Part shown: positions 57,786 through 64,000 of the stretch, piece by piece
Layout: each line of letters opens with the position of its first letter
Position numbering within the stretch: position 1 is the first letter of the stretch
Virus record (IMG/VR): IMGVR_UViG_3300025769_010106
Span: 44,480 to 108,479 of that record
DNA: 64,000 bases
DNA from: a virus
Strand: one strand, 5' to 3'
Position numbers and translations under genes: made by a program
The notes under the pieces: generated by a model
The model's input: only the letters and a program-made list of their open reading frames with translations
What the model was told of the DNA's origin: nothing
The model's database searches: none

Positions 57786-58873
57786 AAAACATATATGGCT
57801 GGCAACTATACCACTGGCATATAGAACCTAGCAGCAAATGTAGTTTGCGCTGTCCTAGGTGTCCTCGAACAGAAATGCCAGATACCCCATGGCTCCATAA
57901 AGAAATTAGTGTGGAGCAATTTAAGCATGCATTTCCTAGCGATTTTATTGCAGAGCATGTTCAACGCTTTACAATGTGCGGAGACGTAGGAGATCCTATT
58001 TACTGCAAAGATTACTTGAAAATTATCGAGTATATCAAAGATATAAAGCCTACCTGTCATGTTTATACAATAACAAATGGAAGTTATAAAACAGAAGGCT
58101 GGTGGCAAGAGTTTGCTAGAATTAGCAATGAATATGATACTGTGAACTTTAGTGTAGATGGTTACGATCAAAAATCGAATGATTTGTACCGTATTAATAA
58201 CAATTTTGAAAGCATTATGCTTGGAATGCGCATCATGGGACACCAAAGCACAGCATTTGTAAATTGGGCTGCTATCTATTTTAGTTTTAATCAAAATAAC
58301 TTACATAAAATTGAAGACTTAGCTAGACAAAACGGATGCGATGCTATACAATGGACCAAGAGTACAAAATTTAATTTTAAGTACCCAGGCGCTTGGGGAG
58401 AAGTTGATACACTAGAACCAAGCAGTGAATATATAAGCAAAACAGATAGATATGAAAGGTATGTACAGCGTTTAACCAATCGTATTCAAAATATTGATCA
58501 ATACATGCGTACCAACTTACAGAAATATCTTAATGCTAAAACAACCGATACCTTAATTCCGCTATGCTTGGTGGGAAATAGAGGTATGTTTATAAATGCG
58601 GAAGGCACTGTTCATCCATGCAGTTGGACTAGTTTTCCTTATAATGAAATGAGTTTTGAAGATAAGACTATTAAATATGAAGATAGTTTTTTTCAAAAAT
58701 ACAGACACATATTGAATGTAAAAAATGATCTAACTATAGAACAAGTGTTAAATCACGAGCTGTGGGAGAAGTTTTTTTTCAGTATGAACACAGATACCTG
58801 GGTAGAATGTAGTCTAAAATGCAGATCAAGCATTGTAGATGAAAACTACGCTGTTGGGTATGAAACAAATTAA
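57782..58873 (+). CDS. radical SAM enzyme with C-terminal SPASM/twitch domain
   Basis: CSLRCPRC, GDVGDP, TNGS, FSVDG; C-terminal CLV..GTVHPC..CSLKC. Confidence 0.9.
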   Translation: MKNIYGWQLYHWHIEPSSKCSLRCPRCPRTEMPDTPWLHKEISVEQFKHAFPSDFIAEHVQRFTMCGDVGDPIYCKDYLKIIEYIKDIKPTCHVYTITNGSYKTEGWWQEFARISNEYDTVNFSVDGYDQKSNDLYRINNNFESIMLGMRIMGHQSTAFVNWAAIYFSFNQNNLHKIEDLARQNGCDAIQWTKSTKFNFKYPGAWGEVDTLEPSSEYISKTDRYERYVQRLTNRIQNIDQYMRTNLQKYLNAKTTDTLIPLCLVGNRGMFINAEGTVHPCSWTSFPYNEMSFEDKTIKYEDSFFQKYRHILNVKNDLTIEQVLNHELWEKFFFSMNTDTWVECSLKCRSSIVDENYAVGYETN

Positions 58874-58943
58874 TAAAATATACACGCGCTACAGAAATTT
58901 CACTTTATGCAAATCTGAAACGGGTTGATTATATATAATATAC

Positions 58944-59363
58944 ATGACATGGTTATACAACGGCAAACCAGTAGAAGATATACCAGAGGGAGTAGTAGGC
59001 TTTGTCTACTTGATCTCTAATACTCTGGACAATAGAAAATACATAGGCAAAAAACTAGCTCAATTTAAAAAGACCAGGCCCCCTCTCAAAGGCAGAAAAA
59101 ATAAACGACGTTCAACAGTAGAATCAGACTGGCGCGATTATTACGGCTCATCAGACAATTTAACGGCAGACATAGAACTACTAGGCAAAGAAAACTTCAA
59201 ACGTGAGATACTTTTCTATTGTTACAGCAAGGGAGAGTGTAGTTACATTGAAGCAAGAGAACAGTTCAGGCACCGTGTTTTAGAATCCGACGAATGGTAC
59301 AATGGACATATACGAGTTCGTGTACACAAGAGTCAGAAAATTATCACAGAATCAAACAAGTAG
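58944..59363 (+). CDS. stand-alone GIY-YIG endonuclease (T4 EndoII/Seg-like)
   Basis: GFVYLI..KYIGKK, WRDYYGSS, FKREIL, conserved E and WYN. Confidence 0.85.
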   Translation: MTWLYNGKPVEDIPEGVVGFVYLISNTLDNRKYIGKKLAQFKKTRPPLKGRKNKRRSTVESDWRDYYGSSDNLTADIELLGKENFKREILFYCYSKGECSYIEAREQFRHRVLESDEWYNGHIRVRVHKSQKIITESNK

Positions 59364-59377
59364 GAGAATACAATATC

Positions 59378-60136
59378 ATGGATCCATGGTATCTAAAAGT
59401 TTTTGATAATCAAGTTCCAAAAGATCTTATGGAAAGAACTTGGGAATATGTCTTAGATGAAGAATATCATGTTACTTTCTATGATCCTCCAGCAAGCAAA
59501 TGGTATCCTAGAACTAAGACCTATCTATCTCCAGATACCAATTACCCTTCTACTCATCGTTGCCCATTAGCATGGGACGACAAGAGTCTTGAAGAACGCA
59601 GCCCTCGGATTTTTGAACTCTGGCAACACATTAATAATAACGTATTAGATGGCAAGTTTGAAATTGAAGGCAAAGCTGAAGGAATGCCAAATTATATGAC
59701 TGGGATAAGTCCTCGTTATGGCGAAAAGGGTACGCCTGGTATTGGCTGGAATGTATACATTCATGGTATTGACAACTGGTTAAGGAAAAGACCAAAGGCA
59801 ATTCATAGAGATAATCATAAACCAGAAGAAGCAGGTTATTATACACTAGTTTACTTTAGTAATATTGTTTGGTATCCCAGTTATTTTGGTGAAACTATAT
59901 TCTGGGCAGATGCTCCCGACACTGGGGACCATACTGGATTTATAGATAAAGACCAGGATAGAGGATTTCCCATAGGGCCTGCATCTAATGTAGTTAGCCC
60001 ATTGCCTGGTAGATTTATGCTCTATGACAGTAGATATCTACACGGTACTAAACCAGTACATGTATCCAGTGAACATCAATTATATGGCATAGTTTTTAGG
60101 CTCCGTCACAAAGAAGAATGGCAAGTATCGGCTTAA
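59378..60136 (+). CDS. 2OG-Fe(II) oxygenase (prolyl-hydroxylase-like)
   Basis: HRD, TLVYF, GETIF, PGRFMLYD..LH; AGGAG SD before ATG 59378. Confidence 0.8.
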   Translation: MDPWYLKVFDNQVPKDLMERTWEYVLDEEYHVTFYDPPASKWYPRTKTYLSPDTNYPSTHRCPLAWDDKSLEERSPRIFELWQHINNNVLDGKFEIEGKAEGMPNYMTGISPRYGEKGTPGIGWNVYIHGIDNWLRKRPKAIHRDNHKPEEAGYYTLVYFSNIVWYPSYFGETIFWADAPDTGDHTGFIDKDQDRGFPIGPASNVVSPLPGRFMLYDSRYLHGTKPVHVSSEHQLYGIVFRLRHKEEWQVSA

Positions 60137-60410
60137 TTTAGGCTCAATATAGCAACCTTGAATCAACGCCTTGAGGCAGTAGAAATACGGCTGGATCTGG
60201 CGAGTTGCGAGCAATACTCCTAAACACTGTATCAACTAGGAACGAGGATACAGAGATAGCGTATACTATCTGTCGACGTAGGTGGGAAAAGGTCAGAGTC
60301 CTTGGAGTGCTACAAATACCTACTTCCGGATGCTGGATAATGACGGGAAATGTCACCAGATTAGGCGGGACCATTACGTGGTTCCGTCTGACTGAAACTT
60401 CTGGGAAATA
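60137..60410 (+). ncRNA. candidate structured non-coding RNA (or ssDNA) element of unknown family
   Basis: GC-richer than its flanks; nested stems with G-U pairs and a GAAA tetraloop (see findings); strand inferred from G-U pairs and tetraloops. Confidence 0.5.
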
Positions 60411-60420
60411 TTAAATCATT

Positions 60421-60478
60421 AAAAATAAAGAAAAAAAACACGAACGAAAGTGAGTGTTTGGATGATCGTAGATCATCC
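60421..60478 (-). terminator. two hairpins followed by T-tract on the minus strand; possible intrinsic terminator
   Basis: GGATGATC-gta-GATCATCC (60460-60478), AAACAC..GTGTTT (60436-60459), A-run 60421-60438. Confidence 0.45.
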
Positions 60479-60485
60479 GTAACGA

Positions 60486-60513
60486 TTGACAAAACAAAAT
60501 AATAAGTTATAAT
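60486..60513 (+). promoter_or_regulatory. sigma70-type promoter
   Basis: TTGACA-16-TATAAT upstream of 60579. Confidence 0.7.
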
Positions 60514-60578
60514 GTAGTATTAATAAAGGTGTAAATACATCTACCCAAAACAAGACACTATTACGGAATGGGTAAGAG

Positions 60579-60821
60579 ATGGATAAAAGAACACGAAGTG
60601 ATCTAGAACATACATTTATCGAATTTGTAGACAAAGTTCAAGAATTAGGATTCAAATTTGATATAATGACAAAACTTGAACTTACATATGTAAAAGGTTC
60701 AGCTTTAGAATCGCCACATAATATAGCTAATAAAATTACTCTGAATCCTGATGATTTTATAAAAGAAGAACCTAAAGTACTAAAAGAAGAAGAGGGAAGT
60801 TCAGACTGGTCGAAACTCTAA
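60579..60821 (+). CDS. hypothetical protein
   Basis: 80 aa with its own promoter; abuts the convergent gene. Confidence 0.65.
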   Translation: MDKRTRSDLEHTFIEFVDKVQELGFKFDIMTKLELTYVKGSALESPHNIANKITLNPDDFIKEEPKVLKEEEGSSDWSKL

Positions 60822-61010
60822 TTAGAAAAACGGCAATCCCGACTTTTTTGTGGTTTCCAGATTACTATCAATAAGATCTCTTATTATTCCTCTTTCCTGT
60901 GGGCTGAGGAAACTTGCTTCTTCATAGGTCAGACCACCCCGCATATACCAACACAGTGTAAATAATTCCCGCTTTAGACTCTTAACTTCTTTTTCCATGC
61001 TTTCTAGCAT
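60822..61010 (-). CDS. gp51-like tail/baseplate assembly protein; probably made as a frameshift fusion
   Basis: WYMRGGLTYEEASFLSPQER; no SD; frame stays open upstream to the slippery site. Confidence 0.65.
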   Translation of the reverse strand: MLESMEKEVKSLKRELFTLCWYMRGGLTYEEASFLSPQERGIIRDLIDSNLETTKKSGLPFF

Positions 61011-61036
61011 GGATACTATTTCGTCGCGGGATAAGT

Positions 61037-61921
61037 TTAAGAGTCTAAGTCGAAAAAATTTGCGTTATCAAACGTAAATGGAATTTCATAATTGTGTTGA
61101 CATTCAGGACATACCATAGGCATTGGTTTTGTTTTAATTTTCTCAGCTATAGCAGTAATTGAGTCCTGAATAAATTTAAATGTTTTCCTATCTGTATTCC
61201 TAATAAATTCATCAATAAATCCAGGATGAGTAACAACAGTTTCGTCATCCATGGTAATACTAGCAATACCATCTTTTAGCATACTTACAGTAAAGCCATT
61301 TAGTCTTTCAAATATTTCATTTACTTTTGCAATCTTTTCATCGTCTGATAAACTTTGGTCCTGCGTAACTCTTACAAGTCTTTCAGTATTAAAAGTTTCC
61401 ATATTTAATGTATTGATAGTTTTATAATTTTGTGGTTTAAAAGCAAAAGTTAGATTGTTATGTGTTTTTGTTTCTTGAAAAACAGTAAAATCTATTGGCC
61501 TGTCAATGAAAAGTTTTAAATCAGCGTCGTAGTTATTTTCAGCTTTACAGCTTGGACATGTAGAAAGGAATTCCATCTTTTCTCCATAACTGGCTATACG
61601 AATAGCTATTAAAATGACATCAAGATCAATATTAGGAATAGCCCAAGGATCCTTAATAGCAGGTATACAACTTTTGATAACGTCTACCACTCCCTGACCA
61701 TTAAGTAGTGCATCCGGATTATTAAAAAGCATCTCATCTTTTGCAGTCATAGGATATACTGGATACTCTCCAGTTAGTGTAGGATCCAACGCACCTTGAC
61801 TCCAGTAATGTCCCTGACTGGGTAATTTTAACTGAATAGCAGGAGATCTAAAGTGTTTCTGTAGTGGATTTGGTTCTATAGGTCCTGGTAAATTGCTTAG
61901 ATCATCGGATGATAAAGCCAT
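61037..61921 (-). CDS. gp26: baseplate hub assembly chaperone, gp26-like
   Basis: LPSQG, PMTAKDE, IRIASYG, CPSC and CPEC zinc pairs, ends ..NFF. Confidence 0.8.
   Translation of the reverse strand: MALSSDDLSNLPGPIEPNPLQKHFRSPAIQLKLPSQGHYWSQGALDPTLTGEYPVYPMTAKDEMLFNNPDALLNGQGVVDVIKSCIPAIKDPWAIPNIDLDVILIAIRIASYGEKMEFLSTCPSCKAENNYDADLKLFIDRPIDFTVFQETKTHNNLTFAFKPQNYKTINTLNMETFNTERLVRVTQDQSLSDDEKIAKVNEIFERLNGFTVSMLKDGIASITMDDETVVTHPGFIDEFIRNTDRKTFKFIQDSITAIAEKIKTKPMPMVCPECQHNYEIPFTFDNANFFDLDS
61052..61061 (-). other. predicted -1 programmed frameshift site (A AAT TTT TTC)
   Basis: Two overlapping X XXY YYZ heptamers; the -1 frame is continuous with 60822..61010. Confidence 0.7.
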
Positions 61922-61933
61922 AGATTTCTCCTA

Positions 61934-61968
61934 ATAAATATAATGTGTAGATTTATAATAATATTTAT
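61934..61968. promoter_or_regulatory. divergent late promoters ATAAATA (+ 61934-61940, - 61962-61968)
   Basis: Intergenic gap between the gp26-like and tape-measure genes; imperfect inverted repeat TGTGTAGAT/ATCTACGCA. Confidence 0.6.
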
Positions 61969-61998
61969 CTACGCATATTATAGGGTCTAGGCTTTTTT

Positions 61999-64000
61999 AT
62001 GGACGAATCACAACTACAAGATTTAATACAACAACTGGAATCATTCGTAGCTGGTGGTCCTGCGAGTGAAGCAACACTGTCAAAAATCGCAGAAAAAATG
62101 GGCGCACTTAAAAAACAAAACGATAACACTGGTGCAGCTTCCAAAGGTCTTCAACAAGTAGCACAGGGAGCAGAGGAACTAGATGGCAGTTTTGATTCTC
62201 TAGATCGTGCAGCTAATGATGTAGCCAAAGCATTTAAAAAAGCCAAATCTGATATGCTAGCCAGCGGAAAAACAATAGGCTCCGGATTTAAATCACTTGG
62301 AGGTGGTGTTGAAGGTGTGACTACGGCTATCAAGACTATGATATCTGGTGTATTTGCAGTCGGAGGAGCGATCGCTGGATTGATACCTTTTATAGGAGGA
62401 GGTTTATCAGGTGCAGTAAAAGCTGCTGGTGAAGCACTTGGGGCAGGTTTTTCCTTCTTATTAGGCGCAGCTACTAAAACTGCTGATGCCTTTAATGCTG
62501 TTGCTGATACTGGCGCAACATTTGGCGGAAGCATGTTGGGGATGAGAGAAGCAGCCCACGATGCAGGTCAGAGCTTTGAATCGTTTAGCAAAGGTTTTCT
62601 TGAGAACTCAGCAGGACTGACACGATTTGCTGGTAGTGCAACTGCGGGCGCTAAGGCACTTAGTGGAATACAAAAAGCGGTTAGCGGAAATACCGGATTA
62701 CAACGTAGTCTACAGCTAATGGGTGTTGCTCTGAAAGACCAGCCTGCATATTTAGGCGAGTATCTATCCATGCTCGCTGGTAGTGGTGTACAACTATCTA
62801 ACTTTAATGATAATTTTACTGAGTTGGCAAAACGTGCTGTAGATTATAGAAAAGAATTAATTATTGCTAGACAGTTGACCGGTGAGAGTAATGAAGAACA
62901 AAAAGCTAAAATGCGAGCTATTGCTAAAGATGCCCAGTTTCAGGCAAAACTAAGCACAATGGGTGCAGATGCGGCTGAAGGACTTACAAAACAGATGGCT
63001 GCGCTTCCTACTTATATGCAACCATTATTTAAAGACCTTGTTCTATTTGGCGACGCTACAAAAGATAGTGCTGGGTTGGCGATGACGATGCCAGGAGCAA
63101 TGGAAGCAATGCGAGAAGCTATAGCAAACCCAACTTCAGGTGCTGCAGGCATAAATGCGGCAATGGAAAGCAGAGCAGCACAAATTTCTCAGGATGTTCA
63201 GGATAGCGCACAAGCAATTATTGTGTCAGGACACACCAGCAGTGAAGCATTAAAACAATCTGCCGGTGCATTTGTAGAGGCCAGGAATTATGCACAAAGA
63301 CTATTAGGTATTGATAAAATCAGAGAGGATCTTGCAAACGCTAGTGAGGGTATAGCTGGTGACAAATTTACAGAAAGTGTATTGAAATTCCAAGGGGATG
63401 TAAGGGACTTGCAGGTTGCTCTTGAAACTATGGTTACCGAACTCATGAAAAGTCCCCTATTCACCACAGTTGTGGATACGGCTGGTAATATGATTGGGGA
63501 GTTTGCAAGCAAACTTCAAGATGCAATTAAATTCATGGAAACAGTACAAGATCCTAGAAAGATGCTTTCTGATGCAGCGAAAAAAATAGGTGAAGCTTTT
63601 GAGGCAGCACTAAGAAAAGTTCTACCAGACTGGATGGTCCGCGGTGAGTCTGACCCCTTGACACCAGAACAAATTGAAACACAAACAAAAAATTTGCAAG
63701 GACCTGTAGAGCAGCTCCAATCAAACATTGAAGAGGCACAAGCTCGTGTTGACGCCAACCCCAATCACAGAGGAAACCAGGATCATCTGGACAGACTAAC
63801 AAGGAAACAACAGACGAACTACGAAACCTATAAAAAGCTTTATGCACTTGCTGTTAAAAACAATAGTATGACCCAAGAGCAAGCTGACGCTGAGTTACAA
63901 AAGCTTTTTCCTACCCCGGTTACACCTAGGGCATTTGGTGGTCCTGTAAGTATGAATAGACCTTACCTTGTTGGTGAACAAGGTCCTGAAATATTTTCTC
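61999..64000 (+). CDS. tape measure protein, 3'-truncated, absent from the ORF track
   Basis: ATG at 61999 (MDESQLQDLIQQ..), Ala/Gly-rich helical sequence, in frame with RAFGGPV..PYLVGEQGPEIF at the window end. Confidence 0.85.
   Translation, partial: MDESQLQDLIQQLESFVAGGPASEATLSKIAEKMGALKKQNDNTGAASKGLQQVAQGAEELDGSFDSLDRAANDVAKAFKKAKSDMLASGKTIGSGFKSLGGGVEGVTTAIKTMISGVFAVGGAIAGLIPFIGGGLSGAVKAAGEALGAGFSFLLGAATKTADAFNAVADTGATFGGSMLGMREAAHDAGQSFESFSKGFLENSAGLTRFAGSATAGAKALSGIQKAVSGNTGLQRSLQLMGVALKDQPAYLGEYLSMLAGSGVQLSNFNDNFTELAKRAVDYRKELIIARQLTGESNEEQKAKMRAIAKDAQFQAKLSTMGADAAEGLTKQMAALPTYMQPLFKDLVLFGDATKDSAGLAMTMPGAMEAMREAIANPTSGAAGINAAMESRAAQISQDVQDSAQAIIVSGHTSSEALKQSAGAFVEARNYAQRLLGIDKIREDLANASEGIAGDKFTESVLKFQGDVRDLQVALETMVTELMKSPLFTTVVDTAGNMIGEFASKLQDAIKFMETVQDPRKMLSDAAKKIGEAFEAALRKVLPDWMVRGESDPLTPEQIETQTKNLQGPVEQLQSNIEEAQARVDANPNHRGNQDHLDRLTRKQQTNYETYKKLYALAVKNNSMTQEQADAELQKLFPTPVTPRAFGGPVSMNRPYLVGEQGPEIFS

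Noticed and set aside
58944-59363. Intron-encoded homing endonuclease
   Set aside because: Flanking genes are intact and no split gene is evident
211-59846. Numerous 60-160 aa antisense or nested ORFs in the track
   Set aside because: They lie within well-supported genes and have no motifs or SD
60385-60400. CTGACTGAAAC as a hammerhead core, or GGGAAAAGGTC (60284) as RNase P P4
   Set aside because: No CUGANGA plus stem II; RNase P and group I conserved elements not found
60144-60414. ORFs 60144..60374 (-) and 60205..60414 (+)
   Set aside because: No clear SD, no recognisable motifs, mutually overlapping; dense base pairing explains the region better
62151-63847. Short minus-strand ORFs
   Set aside because: Shadows of the tape-measure gene, which the track omitted because it has no stop in the window
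1-64000. Stop-codon reassignment as seen in some large phages
   Set aside because: Standard code gives near-complete coding density; TAA, TGA and TAG all end genes at sensible boundaries

Overview
The window is a gene-dense, AT-rich segment of a large T4-like (gp55 late-sigma) myophage genome read in the standard genetic code. I found no rRNA, tRNA, CRISPR array or transposase. From left to right it holds: (1) thyX and a DegT-type aminotransferase (1-3142); (2) an ~18-kb, mostly minus-strand 'modification' locus (3080-21291) with five tandem N-terminal-twitch radical SAM paralogues, a NodU/CmcH carbamoyltransferase preceded by an unannotated 33-aa peptide, several glycosyltransferase-like proteins, an SGNH-like protein, a cytidylyltransferase, SufT and dCMP deaminase; (3) a tail fibre/baseplate module (21334-51920) including a 4444-aa wedge-type protein, with TAAATA late promoters; (4) gp55-gp47-gp46 interleaved with two SDR + radical SAM cassettes, then a stand-alone GIY-YIG nuclease and a 2OG-Fe(II) oxygenase; (5) a ~340-nt highly base-paired non-coding element (60137-60480); (6) a gp26/gp51-like pair joined by a predicted -1 ribosomal frameshift, divergent from the tape-measure gene that runs off the end. 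The best candidates for something new are the radical-SAM/carbamoyl/glycosyl pathway, the structured element near the GIY-YIG gene, and the frameshift. All product calls come from motif recognition by eye; no database search was run.
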